From positions 3,008,001 through 3,072,000 of the forward strand of contig CP086569.2 of the NCBI GenBank assembly GCA_009914755.4: a stretch of DNA of 64,000 nucleotides, read 5' to 3'. How positions within the stretch are numbered: the stretch's first letter is position 1; each line of letters begins with the position of its first letter. This DNA comes from the human T2T-CHM13v2.0 reference genome, Homo sapiens. Of the stretch, positions 1 through 18,000 are shown one piece after another. Below the pieces are notes generated by a model. It saw nothing but the letters and a program-made list of their open reading frames with translations. It searched no databases and was not told where the DNA came from. Both the position numbers and the translations under genes were made by a program.

Positions 1-1374
1 GAAGATTATACAACTATACCATTTTCTCTAATTAATTACATAATTATTTTTTACCAGTGCCTTTTGTATGAAGATTCAAATTACTCTATAATTATCAGTT
101 CTTCACCCTAAATAACTTTCTTTACTATTTCTCATAAGATAGGTGTGCTAGAAATGAATTATGTCAATTTTTCCATGACAGATAAAGGCCTTATTTTGCC
201 AAAACATTCCTGATTGATTGGTTGACAGTTTTTGTTTTGTTTAGTTTTGTTTTACTTTTAGCACATTGAATATATTGTCACAATGCCTCTAGCTTCTATT
301 ATTTCTGATGGAAAGTCAGATACTGTTCTTATATTCTACATGATGTATTATTTTTCTCTTGTTGACTTCAATAATTTCTCTTTGTCTTTGAATATTTTTA
401 TAATGAGTTTTCTGAGTGTGGATGTTCTCGTATTTATCCTACCTGGAATTTGTTGAGATTTGTAAATGTCTAAATTAATATTTTTCATGCAATTTTGAAA
501 TGTTTCAGTCATTATTTTCTCAAACATTTTTCTGTCTCTTGTTCCCTCTTCTCTTCTTCTAGTACATTCATTATGTATATATTAGTATGCTTAATGCCCC
601 ACCATATTTCTCTGACACTGCCATTTTTCATCATTTTTCCTCTCTGTTTTTCAGAATACTGATCTCTAACAATCTATCTTCAAGTTCACTGATTGATTCT
701 CATGACAGCGCAAATCTATTAAACTTTCTAGTTCTTTTTTTTTCATTTTGGTTGTTATATTTTTCACCTTTAATATTTCAACTAAATCCTTTTTAATTAT
801 TTCCATTTTTGATATATTCTATCTGGTGAAATACTATCAACATACATTCCTTCAAAATTTTAACTTTTTTTTTTCTTTAGCTTTGTGGGCATAGTTATAA
901 TAGCTTCTTTGAAAATATTTTCTGATAAGTTGCCACGTTTCTATCCCTCAAAGTCTATTTCTTTTGCATGGCTTTTTGCCTATGTATCAGTCTCATTTTC
1001 CTGTTTATTGAAACATTTTTTTGGTTGAAATAAGGACATTTTAGAGAACACAGTTTATCTAGAATTGTTACAACTGATTATCTAAAATGTCTAATTTGTA
1101 ATAAAAATTGGAATTTCAAAGCAACAGGAAAGGTAACGGGATTACTGTAATATTTTTGTATGTTTTTGTTTTGTTGTTTGTTTAATGACTTGGCTTAGTT
1201 AATTCTGAAAAATATATTTTCTTCACAGTAAGAAGAATCTGATGTTCCTACTAATATTTTCTCCATTTTTATATTTTAGCATGGTTACCTAGTGTTACCA
1301 CTAGGTCAGCTTATACCACTTATTAGTAAAAGGTTGTGCTCTTAGCCTGCTAGATTTTTAATTTTTGCCTTTAG

Positions 1375-1376
<2 letters not shown>

Positions 1377-1406
<30 letters not shown>

Positions 1407-1423
1407 ATGCGCATGTGCATGTG
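1377..1423. repeat. (GT)n microsatellite with a degenerate GCAT/GTGCAT tail
   Basis: Direct read: gtgtgtgtgtgtgtgtgtgtgtgtgtgcatgcgcatgtgcatgtg. Confidence 0.9.
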
Positions 1424-2390
1424 GCTTAAAAGTCTCTATCACAATTCATGAAGATTATGTTACGTATGTTTACCTCATATTCATTCAGAGACTAGTAGCT
1501 TGAGGTTTCCTTCTCTGATAGCTCCTGAGTAGATATTTTCTTTGCCAGGATTACCATGATATTGCTTTTAAGTCTGGCATCCAAAGAGTCTTTCATGGGT
1601 CAAAGTAGGTTTTGGTTTAGTGTTTTGACAGAGATTGTTTTAAAGCCTGTCATGTCAATGTGGATTCTATCATGGGTTTTTTGAGTATGTGTGTAGCTTG
1701 GGGAATAATTTCAATTCTGCACCACAACTTGCTTTGGCTGCTGCTCAGTAGGTGCTCAGGGTCAACACTCAGAATTGACCCTGATATGAGGAGGGCTCTT
1801 TTGGGGTGTCTTTTTTCCTGGTTCTCTTCACTGAATCTCTGACTGCTTTGACATTTTGCCTTCTCAAGAAGCTATCACCCTCCTTTTAAATGTTCTTTAC
1901 CAAGACTTTTATTGTTTACTACCATGTCCCTAAGCATATAGTTCTCCACCCTCTGTTTCAAATAAAATTAGTCTCCTCAGGCATAGATGCTGTGCTATTA
2001 TCCCTTACATCCTTCCTTTCCCCCTCAGCAGAACCCCTGCAACAACTGTCTTAAAGTTGGGATGGGGGTCTGCTTTACCTGGGGTCGTATCCACAGTGTA
2101 CAAATGAGCACTCTGTGGGAGGATTTCCCCTGGTCTTTTAGGTTGTCCCTCCTGTTGTGGAACCTCCACCCTACTAACAGTGTTAGGAGCAGTTGTGTAT
2201 ACCTCTCTAAGTCTAATTCTATTCCAAATAATGATTTAAAATGTATAATATGAAGCATTTTCAATTTTTGAAATTGGACTAAACTTTAAGGCAAGTGTAA
2301 CCGGTACCTTTACTCTAATGGAGGCTTCTCAACTAATTTGAAAACATTGCCCTGCATACTGTGGTCCAGTGCTATCAGCCTAACAGAAGA

Positions 2391-2545
2391 TTTCCTTTTT
2401 TTCTGTATTTCTTCTAAAACAACAACAACAACAAAACACAAAAAGGATACATGTGCAGAACGTGGAGGGTTGTTACATATGTATGTGTTTGCCATGGTGG
2501 TTTGCTGCATCTATAGACCCATCCTCCTCGTTCCCGCTCCTCACT
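2391..2545 (-). mobile_element. Short 5'-truncated L1 3'-end fragment, with its poly(A) seen as a T/A-rich run on +
   Basis: ggatacatgtgcagaacgtggagggttgttacatatgtatgtgtttgccatggtggtttgctgca matches the reverse complement of the L1PA 3'UTR terminus (gggtacatgtgcacaatgtgcaggttagttacatatgtatacatgtgccatg...). The A/T-rich tract lies on the left side. Confidence 0.45.
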
Positions 2546-3912
2546 CCCCCAGCAGAAGATATCTACTTTCCAGTGAGGAATAAGAAATTTAAAAATGAGA
2601 TGGGTTAAGATGCAAACTTTTTATGTTATCAATCAAAATGTGTATATTTTCATTTTCATATTTTGTGCTTATAAAAAGGTGATTTTATTATTTCTCAAAA
2701 AGATAAAAATAATGTTTATAAAATCAGTAGTTCATCATTACCAATATGGTCCTAAAATTGAAAAAAAAAATTAAAAAGTCTTTTAAGTGTCTTTAGTACA
2801 CTGTGAAACACCAAAGAGATTTTCAGATAGGTTCACAAACAACTAAAAATTCTGTATCAATCTGCATATCAAAGAATTAAAACAAATTTTGTTAGTTGAA
2901 AACCAAGTACAGAAAGAGAATGTTTCTGTGTGTTCTTACTCAATCTGCAGATATGACTCACTAAAATATAAAATATATAATTATGTTGACTAAAATTATG
3001 AATATCATAAATTATTTCTTGCAAAAAAGTGAGGAATAAATAAATAAGAAAGCCATGTGCAATTGATGTCTGTAGCTTAGTCCTGATACAACTGTTTAAG
3101 TAGAGACTTCACATTTTTGCTGTAAAAGTAAATATATTTTTTCTTACACCTGCCCTGCTATGGTGTTGGTTAGAATTAGCAGGAGTTTTTGAAGTGTGAT
3201 GCAGAGCATTAACTTGATTTGGCAAGTTTGCATGTGAATAAGTATTTAGGAAGACCTGACAATTGGAGAGAAGTGCGAAAGACAAATTGTTCACAGAATT
3301 GAAGAAACCAGGCATAGATACTCTTTTAATAAAAAGATAAACATTTGGAGAAATGTTATGGCTTTAGTTAACAGTTTGCTAATGTTGAGGTTTAAATTTC
3401 TAGAACCGCTCTTGGGCAATAAGTATCTCATTAATACAAAGTACAAAGTGTCAAACTCATATTGCTTTTATAATAGTGGTGGAATGGATCAAGAACACAG
3501 AGTAGATAGTTTGCAATGTGCTAAAAAAAGAAACCGAAGCCTACGTCTTAAGTTATGGCAAGGCAATCAAATGTTTGATGGTGCTTTTCTTTATACTGAG
3601 GCAAGAAAACTGGGTAAAGTCTTTCATTGGCCTGCTATAAAATGACATTTCAGCTAGCAGTTTGTTCAGTGTAGGCACAATTATATCCTCTCTCCATTAT
3701 TAGTAACCTTAGGGAGTGTTTAAAGGATAAGTGTCTCTCATTCCTTTCAAGTAGAAAGAAAAAAAATAGAGCCAGTTCGTGTGCTTTCTTGAGAAAAGCC
3801 TAAGAGTAAATGCATTCAGGAAAACACAACTCATTACAGAAATGTTCCAAGCTAATGTCACTATCTTGATGAAATAATGAAAAGTAGAGAATAAACTCAG
3901 ATGACCATTTAA

Positions 3913-4251
<339 letters not shown>

Positions 4252-5676
4252 TGTCTGGATCTTTTTTCTTCTCTAAACATACCACTTGTTTCCCAATTCC
4301 AAACCTTTATGCCATTTTTTATACCTGACTTAAAAACTTTTCTGGGTGGCTTGCAAGATGGCTGAATAGGAACAGCTTCGGTCTGCAGCTCCCAGCAAGA
4401 TCAATGCAGAAGGCAGGTGATTTCCACATTTCCAACTGAGGTACCTGGCTCATCTGATTGGGACTGGTTAAAAGTGGGTGCAGCCCATGGAGGACGAGCC
4501 AAAGCAGGGTGGGGCATCGCCTCACCCAGGAAGCACAAGGGGTCAGGGGACTCCATCCTCTAGTCAAGGAAAGCTGTGAGGGACTGTGCCATGAGGAACA
4601 GTGCACTCCAGCCCAGATACTACGCTTTTCCCATGGTCTTTGCAAGCCACAGACCAGGAGATTCCCTCGGGTGCCTATGCCACCAGGGCCCTGGGTTTCA
4701 AGCACAAAACTGGGTGACCATTTAGGCAGACACCGAGCTAGCTGCAGGAGTATTTTTTCTTACTCCAGTGGCACCTGGAATGCCTGCAAGACAGAATCAT
4801 TCACTCCCTTTGAAAGGGGGCTGAAGCCAAGAAAACAAGTGGTCTAGCTCAGTGGATCCCACCCCCTAGAGCCCAGAAAGCTAAGATCCACTGGCTTGAA
4901 GTTCTTGCTGCCAGCACAGCAGTCTGAAGTCAACCTGGGATACTTGAGCTTGGAGGGGGAAGGGGCGTCTGCCATTACTGAGGCTTGAGTAGGTGGTTTA
5001 CCTCTCACAGTCGAAACAAAGCCACCAGGAAGTTTGAACTAGGTGGAGGCCTCACAGCTCAGCAACGCTGCTGTAGCCAGACTGCCTCTCTAGGTTCCTC
5101 CTGTCTGGGCAGAGCATCTCTGAAAGAAAGGTAGCAGCCCCAATCAGGGGCTTATAGATAAAACTCCCATCTTTCTGGGACAGAGCACCTGGGGTAAGGG
5201 GCGGCTGTGGGCACAATTTCAGCACACTTAAATGTTCCTGCCTGCTGACTCTGAAGAGAGCAGTGGATCTCACAGCACAGTGCTCAAACTCTGCTAAGGG
5301 ACAGAGTGCCTCCTAAAGTGGGTCGCTGACCACTGTGCCTCCTGACTGGAAGAACACCTCCCAGCAGGGATCAACAGACATCTCATACAGGAGAGCTCTG
5401 GCTGGCGTCTGGCAGGTGCCATTCTGGGATGAAGCTTCCAGAGGAAGGAACAGGCAGCAATCTTTGCTCTTCTGCAGCCTCCACTAGTGATACCCAGGGA
5501 AATAGGGTCTGGAGTGGACCTCCAGCAAACTCCAGCAGACCTGCAGCAGAGGGGCCTGACTGTTAGAAGGAAAACTAACAAACAGAAAGGAATAGCATCG
5601 ACATCAACACAAAGGACTTCCACACAGAAACCACATCAGAAGGTCACCACATCAAAGACTAAAGGTAGGTAAATCC

Positions 5677-6702
5677 ATGAAGATGAGGAAAAACCTGCAC
5701 AAAAAGGCTGAAAATTCCAAAAACAGGAACACCTCTTCTCCTCCAAAGGATCACAACTCCTCTCCAGCAAGGGAACAAAACTGGACAGAGAATGAGTTCG
5801 ACAAATTGACAGAAGTAGGTTTCAGAAGGTGGGTAATAAACTTCTCTGAGCTAAAGGAGCATGTTCTAACCCAATACAAAGAAGCAAAGAACCTTGGAAA
5901 AAGGTTAGAGGAATAGCTATCTAGAATAACCAGTATAGAGAAGAACATAAATGACCTGATGGAGCTGAAAAACACAGCATGAGAACTTCGTGAAGGATAC
6001 ACAAGTATCAATAGCCAAATCAACCAAGCAGAAGAAACGATATGAGAGACTGAAGATCAACTCAATGAAATAAAGCATGAAGACAAGATTAGACAAAAAG
6101 AATGAAAAGGAACGAACAAAGCCTCCAAGAAACATGGGACTGTGTGAAAAGACCAAACCTATGTTTGATTGGTGTACCTGAAAGTGACAGGGAGAATGGA
6201 ACCAAGTTGGAAAACACTCTTTAGGATATTATCCAGGAGAATTCCCCAACCTAGCAAGACAGGCCAACATTCCAATTCAGGAAATACAGAGAACACCACA
6301 AAGATACTCCTCGAGAAAAGCAACTCCAAGACACATAATCATCAGATTCACCAAGGCTGAAATGAAGGAAAAAATGTTAAGGGCAGCCAGAGAGAAAGGT
6401 CAGGTTACCCACAAAGGGAAGCCCATCAGGCTAACAGTGGAACTCTCTGAAGAAAGCCTACAAGGCAGAAGAGAGTGGGGGCCAATATTCAACATTCTTA
6501 AAGAAAGAGTTTTCAACCCAGAATTTCATTTCCAGCCAAACTAAGCTTAATAAGTGAAGGAGAAATAAAACCTTTTACAGACAAGCAAAGGCTGAGAGAT
6601 TTTGTCACCATCAGGCCTGCCTTGAAAGAGCTCCTGAAAGAAGCACTAAATATGAAAAGGAAAAACTGGTACCAGCCACTGCAAAAACATACCAAATTGT
6701 AA
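5677..6702 (+). pseudogene. L1 ORF1 (RNA-binding ORF1p) remnant, interrupted by stops and frameshifts
   Basis: Track ORFs MKMRKNLHKKAENSKNRNTSSPPKDHNSSPAREQNWTENEFDKLTEVGFRRW and MKEKMLRAAREKGQVTHKGKPIRLTVELSEESLQGRREWGPIFNILKERVFNPEFHFQPN parallel human ORF1p (MGKKQNRKTGNSKTQSASPPPKERSSSPATEQSWMENDFDELREEGFRR... VEMKEKMLRAAREKGRVTLKGKPIRLTADLSAETLQARREWGPIFNILKEKNFQPRISYPAKL). The terminal stop is TAA at about 6700. Confidence 0.8.
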
Positions 6703-6765
6703 AGACCATTGACACTATGAAGAAACTGTATCAACTAATGGGCAAAATAACCAGCTAGCATCATA

Positions 6766-10641
<3,876 letters not shown>

Positions 10642-11769
10642 ACAATGAGAACACATGGACACAGGGAGGGGAATATCACATACCAGGGCATGTTGGGGGG
10701 TTGGGGCTAGGGGAGGGATAGCATTAGGAGAAACACCTAATGTAGATGACGAGTTGGTGGGTGTAACAAATCCCCATGGCACATGTATACCTATGTAACA
10801 AACCTGCACATTCTGCACATGTATCTGAAAACTTAAAGTATAATAAAAAAAGAGAACAAAAAAATCTTTTCAATATTATTGTGCATTAATTTATTCATAT
10901 GTGAATATATTCACTTCCTAAATATTTATTATTCATGTAACATAGGTTGGAATTTATATAAAATCTTGTGAATATAGAATGTATCAACTCTCTAAATATC
11001 TTCTTTTACAGGATTGATGCAAATCTCATTTCCTTCAATAAATTACTGATTGACTTTATAAGAATTAATCTCCTTCTCACTAATGTCCCCTCATGTTTGT
11101 ATAAATTTTTATTTTGGTATATGGAATGGGCAAGGGGTGTTTCAACATTTATACTTCCTTTATCATCTATCAAAGTTATTTGTTCTGCTAGGTATTTAAT
11201 AAGTATACTTATTAAACAATATTAAGAAATCAAAGAAAAACCTTAGAACTGCACTAAAGTTGAGGGAATCTTATGTGTCATGTTGCAGACTACATTTCCA
11301 GATAGCTCAGTACTCCTCAAAGGTATGTACTTTATAAAGTGTTTACCTTATTCAGACATTTTTATTACCCCTTAATGGTGGCCTTTTAATCTCAGGATAT
11401 AAACATGGCTGCTTATTAGTTGAAATAGTAACTTCCTTACCATAACATATTATTTGGATTTAAATTAGATAGCTTATTATTGAGAACAAATGCAACTTTC
11501 ACTAATATAATTACTTTTGAAATTTTTATGAATGAATAACTATATAACTGGTTATCAACCTTGACTTCAAATAAGAATCGTTTAGAACAGCTTTTATTTA
11601 AAAAATAAAATACCTAAGCCCTATCAAAAGTATAAACCCATCTTACTATTGTCAGAACATTTATTTGAGGCACAGTGAGCGAAATGTAATGGGTAAAAAT
11701 AGAACATATAATGAATATTGTTTTTGCCTACCCCAAATTCCCTTTCCCCTTCATGTGGTGGTAGCATCT

Positions 11770-11801
11770 GTTTTTGTTTGTTTGTTTTTGTTTTTGTTTT
11801 T
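11770..11801. repeat. (GTTTT)n/(GTTTTT)n simple repeat
   Basis: Direct read: gtttttgtttgtttgtttttgtttttgtttttg. Confidence 0.75.
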
Positions 11802-14667
11802 GAGGAACTGTCTTAATACACATTGTTGTGATTGAGTTACTCCTCCTTTCTTTATTCCTGTAAGCCCTAGGCATGATCCAGGAACACTGCTGTGGCCAGA
11901 CATAGCACTATATTTTTTCATTTATAGTGATTGATTGAGAAATGTGCACAGAAACTAAGCATAATCAATCAGAGTCTCTTCTCTGAGACTTTTTTTTTTT
12001 GTTATAGCACATTGAAATAATACAGTCTTTAGTTTCAGGGACTGATCGACTATAGTAGAATCCAAATGTTGGGGGAAAGTCTAAAAAAAGAGTAGAAATT
12101 TAAAAATAGAGAAAAAATAGTAGAAAAAAATTCCAACATATAGGGAGAATTTTCCTGAAAATAATGTCAACACAGAGGAGAGGAAAACCAAGAAATAGAC
12201 AAAAGGAGATTACTATCAACTACATGCGATCTCTTGGGTCCAGTCATTCATGAAGGCAGACACAGTGTGTGCAAGATATCCTCAATTTTTCCCTTTAGAT
12301 GCCTACCCATCCCTTTTTCACTCTATTTCATGCCTTAGTAGAATGACCCGTATGCACTACATTGAAGTGTTTCCTTGCTTTCTGACTTCCTTTGAGTTTG
12401 GCTATTAGGATCCACAACAAGAAATTGAAAGGCAGGATGAAATTGAGGTCATTCCTCCCAATTCATTAACTGCTAGGTTGCTATCTGTACATTCACTTCA
12501 TCCTTCTACAAAAGACCACAATTTATGTCAAAAGATCCCCCCACACGTACCCACAATATCTCCCAGTAACTAGCCACTCCTAGTGGTAATAATTGCTTCC
12601 TGATGTTGTTATCTTGTATTACATTGTACTATATCCCTGCTCTTATTTCTGTAAATAGGTTCTTTATGAAGCTGCTCTAGAATTAAAAACAATACCAAAA
12701 AAAAAAAAACAGTATTTTTTTGGAAAATACTTTAGAGCTTTAGTCCAATATAGTAATAGTAAGCCTTAATTGTAGTGACATTGCTACAGAAAGATATCCT
12801 ATTAACTGCTAAGCCATTTTTCTGATTATTTCTTGAGCTGTCTTATAGAAAGTAAGATAATGTATGTTAATAGTCAAAGAAAAAGGGATGACATTCACCA
12901 AGAAAAACAAATGAATTATCAGTATTCATATGTATTACTCCAATGTTTTGTTCCATGTTTGAATAAGAAAGAACAAAACTGGCTAAATGTGGGTAGTCAT
13001 TGATAGATACAATAAGAGTCCTACATTCCCAGTAATTCTTGGCATGATTTAAATCAGGGTCAATAGCGTGATATCTCTTACACTGACTTTCTTGACCCCA
13101 AAAAAATTGACTAGTAATTTGGGAAGGAGTCCTGCAAATAATGACCAATGCTCCAAGAAATGTATGTGTGATAGCAGAAGCACTTTTCCTTCAGTGTGAC
13201 TAGGCTTGCCATTTAAATCAAATCTATTTTCATAAAATTGTGTAACTTCATATGTTTCGGCTAATATGGTAAGAATAAACTGCTGTTTGCTTGTCAATGA
13301 GAAGAGAAAGAGGATTTATTAACCAGCTACTTTGAAAATCTAAGACTAAGGAATTGACTGTGCTGTAGTTTAAACATTATCTCTCATATTTTATAAACCA
13401 ATATAAAATTTTCTTTACTTGATTGCTTATGTATAGAAAGGGTTCTCAAAATTTCTTATTGTGTTGGTATCAAAATTAAGACAATTATGAGATTGTTTTG
13501 AGACATTAATTAGAAATATTTCTTTTAAAATTTTACATATGAATCCAAAGTTTTGGGAGGTGTTTAGATATCTGCATATAAAAATAACTATTTAGGGACT
13601 CACATTATTTATATTTGTGTGTGTTGAAGTCACTGTCACTCCTCTTCTCCAAACTTTTGTATACATTTCAATTCCAAAACTCTGTTTATGATCAACATAT
13701 TGTGCAAAGATTAACAACTAATGGGTCAAATATCATTTGCACTTTTCTCGTTGCATTGAAAATAAAATGTCCATCCCACCTCCACCGTTTATTTTCCCAT
13801 GTCTGGACAATTTTAAAGCAAATTCAAGGCTATGATGGTACATATAATTTCAACCACAAATTTTCAGTATATTTCTAATATATAAAGATTTTTATAAACA
13901 AAGCCATATAATATGCTCCACATTAATAATAATTTTTCAGACCTCAATAATGTTCAATTTCCTCTATTATTACAAATCATTTTATTGCTGTTGTTTTCTT
14001 CTAATCAGGATCTGAGTGAGTTCCACACATTGCAAACAAATTTGTTACTTATCAAATTGTCTTAAAGAAAACCACAGTCTTTAAAGAATGCTATAAACAA
14101 AGTGTTTGATTTTTAGACTTCACAACATAATTTTTGGCTGCTCAAAGACTGATTTCATGTTGTTTTGTTTGTTGTGCTTATTTCTTGTTTTTGAATTTTC
14201 ATTTTTTGTTCCAGTTAGGTAGTTTTGCCAAGTAGCTGTGTTCTAAATCACTGAACAATCACTTTAACTCAATAAAAAATATTCTACACATTTGAAGAGA
14301 AAAGTTTATTTGGGATATATATATTTATACATCTGTGGGAGGGTTATGTGTAAAATTTTAGAAAATTTTAACTGTTTTCTCTTTTCTCAACATGACTGAA
14401 AGTCCTGTTAAGTGAAAAAATTCAAATATTTTCAGAATAACTAAAATTACAGTAGCTCACAAACAGTATTTAATAAATAATTGTAGCGTAGGCTTCTGAT
14501 GCATGAATTTTTAGTCTTCTATAAAAATCACAACAATCTTATGTATCTCAAAAGATTAAAATCAAGTTCTTTCAGCAAGATGGTATAAAACACACATTTG
14601 CATGGAAGAGGGAATGGAAAAGTCTATCCTACAGAAAAAGGGTAGTACTTATTACGGACACTATATT

Positions 14668-15010
14668 TGTGTCCCTTCAAATGTATATGTTGAACTTTTA
14701 ATCCCCAATGTGATGGTATTAGAAGGTAGAGCCTTTGGGAGGTAATTAGGTCATAATTGTGAAGCCTTAATAAATGAAATTAGTACCCTTATAAGAAGAA
14801 ATATGAGAGATATGATTTTCCTTTTGGCCATGTGAGGGTATAAGAAGACAGCCATCTGCAAATCAGGAAGAGTGCTATCACCAGATACCAGATATGCCAA
14901 CATCATGATCTTGAACTTCTTCATTTTCAGACTCACGAGAAATAAACGTCTGTTGTTTAAACTACCCATTCTATAGTATTCTGTTACAGCAATCTGAACT
15001 GACTGAGGTT
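14668..15010 (+). mobile_element. MaLR-type solo LTR (ERVL-MaLR), MLT1-like
   Basis: tgtgtcccttcaaatgtatatgttgaacttttaatccccaatgtgatggtattagaaggtagagcctttgggaggtaattaggtcat...ccatgtgagggtataagaagacagccatctgcaaatcaggaag...gagaaataaacgtctgttgtttaaactacccattctatagtattctgttacagc follows the characteristic MaLR LTR consensus (tgtgtcccc..aaattcatatgttgaagccctaacccccaatgtgatggtatttggagatggggcctttgggaggtaattagg...ccatgtgaggacacagcaagaaggcggccatctgcaagccaggaag...gagaaataaatgtttgttgtttaagccacccagtctatggtattttgttatagc). It starts TG and has an AATAAA near the 3' end. Confidence 0.6.
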
Positions 15011-18000
15011 GTACTTATCCTAGACTTCTCTCTCTATGGATTCTTAGAGCCCATAGAATGACTCCACTCATTCATAAAACTGTAAACTATGATATGTTGT
15101 TGAACCTGAAGTCTAGATAAGTAAGGCCTGAGTAAATGAGAATGAATTGTGTAGAATAATATAGCTTGAGGACTTTACCTTGTGTTGCAATTTGAAAAAA
15201 AATTTTATGTAGATAATTATTGGCATGAAGCTGAATTTGAAAGCAGGCAACTAAAAGGAGGACTGCAATGTTGGAAAAAAACACACCTCAACTTGAGATA
15301 TATGCTCTTTTTTATGATGATGACTTTGACTTTGTGACTCTTTTCTACAGTAGAAACATTTCCTTAGAAGTAATTTAAATGAATACAGCATCCCAAGTAA
15401 AGGCTATATAGAAGAGAATGTATAAAGAGAAACAATGAAAGAAAAATCTTATAAAAAGCAAGTTTTTTCTAATAAACACTGAATACTTACTATGTCCACA
15501 GTCTCTGTTTAATAAAATAAGTGTTTGGAAACTAAAAAAATATATATTAGTATATGAAGATTATGTATGTAGACATTAATAATGCAACAGGTCTTCCAAA
15601 TGCAGGAAAAGTAATAAAACAATTTTTACGGGGAAGAAAAGACAATACATACTTTGCAAACTACTTATGCAAATCTGAATAATGCCTTGTACACACACAA
15701 ACCTACAAAAATGATAGATATTAATTCCACATGATGAGGAGATGAATATTGAATAGTTTAATGTACACTGTTGTTTGTTATAATAAATATGAGAGAAAAT
15801 ATATGATGAAATTTAGCTTTTCCACTACATACAAGATGAAGATACTCAAGAAAACATTGGTCACTATCATTTTAATGGTGATACAAATGTATTTTTCAAC
15901 CAACTGCTTGTTTTTACCTCAATGTTTATCTTCAGGAAGAGCTACAGGTTTTATTTCTGACCTGCAGCACAATTATAATTGAAATCGGTCTCAAACTGCA
16001 CTTTTGTCCAATTATCTGATATTGTGTTTGTGTGTTGGTGAGTGTTGTGTATTTTTGTGTTTATTTCTAAACACTTCTACTTCATCTATATACGTTAGCA
16101 AACCGATTAGTAAACTACATCTCCTTGGTACCCTAATGACACATTAGAAAATTCTCTGAAAAAAGTAAAGTATAAAAAATAAGATAGTTCCTAGTTTTAA
16201 CAAATTGGACTGTAATATGTCTTACAATAATAAAAATATTTTAGAATCTATATCTACTGAATACTTACTATATCCTAGAGACCAGCCTAATTATTCAAAG
16301 CCATCCACAAAATAATTACTCTGAAGTAGTAAATATTATCATGTTTTAGAAATGAAGGAACTTAGACTTAAAATGATTAGTTTTCCTAAGTTTACAAGTT
16401 ATTAACTGATGGAACTGAGAATCAAACCTAGTAAAGCTGGTTTTGAGATATTTAGTCTCTCAAAAGTCTCCTTTTATATGACAGAAAGATATTTAAAGAA
16501 ATTAATAAAAATCTAATAGTTGTTAGGAACCAGAAGGAATATCCTCAGCAAATCAAATTTTTGGGGTTCTTAAAAGTTACAAGGAAGATAGCACTAAATT
16601 GATTTAATCAACAAATATTAGAGGTAATAGTGGTCATTTTCAAATAAACCCCAAAGAAGCTGCATGCTCAGTATAAACAAATAGAAGATTGACACTTGGA
16701 AATGGAGTAATAATCAAAATAATTAATTAAAAATCTGTTTAGAACAGCTGACCCCTCTGGGTTTATCTCCTCTCCCCGTGTGGCCAACAGCCATGGCTTT
16801 GGTATGCAAATAAGCAGCCAAAAAATGCTTCCTATAAAAACTGGATGATGCTTCTGGGAAAGGATTCTAGTGTGAATGTTTGGGCATGTAAAGAAAGAAG
16901 TTTGACAGTGAGGTAAACGCCTAATTCCAGAACTCCACAAACATTACTAAGGGAAAACAAAGAGGTATTGTCTGCTCAGCTTAAGAGGAAAATATGTTGA
17001 CTCTCCCCTACACTTTGATGCTTTCTGTGGTTCATTTTGGTTTGAAATAAGGTGCAGAGAGAGCAATTAAATAACCAGGTTTGCTCAATTGTAAATAGCC
17101 CAATTAATTTTTGTAATTATACTTTTATAATAATCATCAAAGGAATGAACTTGACTATTTCTTAGAGCCTCCCACAATTAGAATAGGTTAAATAATATGG
17201 ATTAATGAGCACCATTTCTTTTTTGCATTGCTGTGATTATGCCAATAGGTAAAATACAGATATGAGTCCCAAGAGCTTCTTAAACTCCCAAGTTCTCTTC
17301 AAGTTCTTTAACTTACCACTCATATTCAGTTCTCTGTTCAAAGCCCACCTGAATGTTACCCATCCCTTACCACCCAATGTAAAACTAACAAGCTCAAATC
17401 TAGGCTATACCTGGATTATGTATTAATAATACATTCTTCATTTCCATGCAGTATATTTATTTATAATATTATTAGTATAAGGAGGGGGTCTCATTTTCAA
17501 CAAAGAGAAATCACATTCATACCGTCAATTTTTTATCAAGACCTTATTTAAATTCTATCTGTCATGGGTTCATTGCACTTAATATGATCAAAATCACAGA
17601 GATGTAGACTATTTGGAGCTTTTTTATAGTCATTTACTTGTATTATCCTCATATATTTCACATTTACTCCCTTGTTCATCTCATGTAGTACTGTGGCTTA
17701 AATTGTCATGTATATGGTAATGACTTCAGCTGTCCACCTAAATCTATTCTAGCTGTCCACCAGAATCTATTATCTCCTTTCATAATAATAGAATTGCTGC
17801 TGGACATTTGACTGTCCAGCTGTTCTTGCAGTAAAATTGTGCCACCATTTGCTGCATGAGGTCATATCACATAAGTTATTCATCTTTGGCCATGAAGTTA
17901 CCAGTGCTGAAGATGATATAAGGAAGCTGAGTTCCTTAAAGACTTTGAAAAGAAGAGCTGACTGCCAAACATACCTATGCTAAAAATTCTCCATTATATC

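Noticed and set aside
1560-2260. Cluster of short ORFs and moderately GC-rich sequence (tgtggaacctccaccctactaacag...) that might be an exon or another LTR
   Set aside because: I could not align it to any consensus I know. No splice-site or coding periodicity stands out. I left it unannotated rather than guess.
4319-4847. Overlapping 128-129-aa ORFs on both strands (4319..4705 -, 4458..4847 +)
   Set aside because: They lie entirely within the GC-rich L1 5'UTR. The translations are low complexity with no recognisable domain. Long stop-free frames are expected by chance in this composition.
12000-12240. A/G-rich stretch that translates to lysine and glutamate-rich peptide, loosely reminiscent of an L1 ORF1-like region
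   Set aside because: The resemblance is only compositional. There is no collinear match to ORF1, so it is not reportable as a feature.
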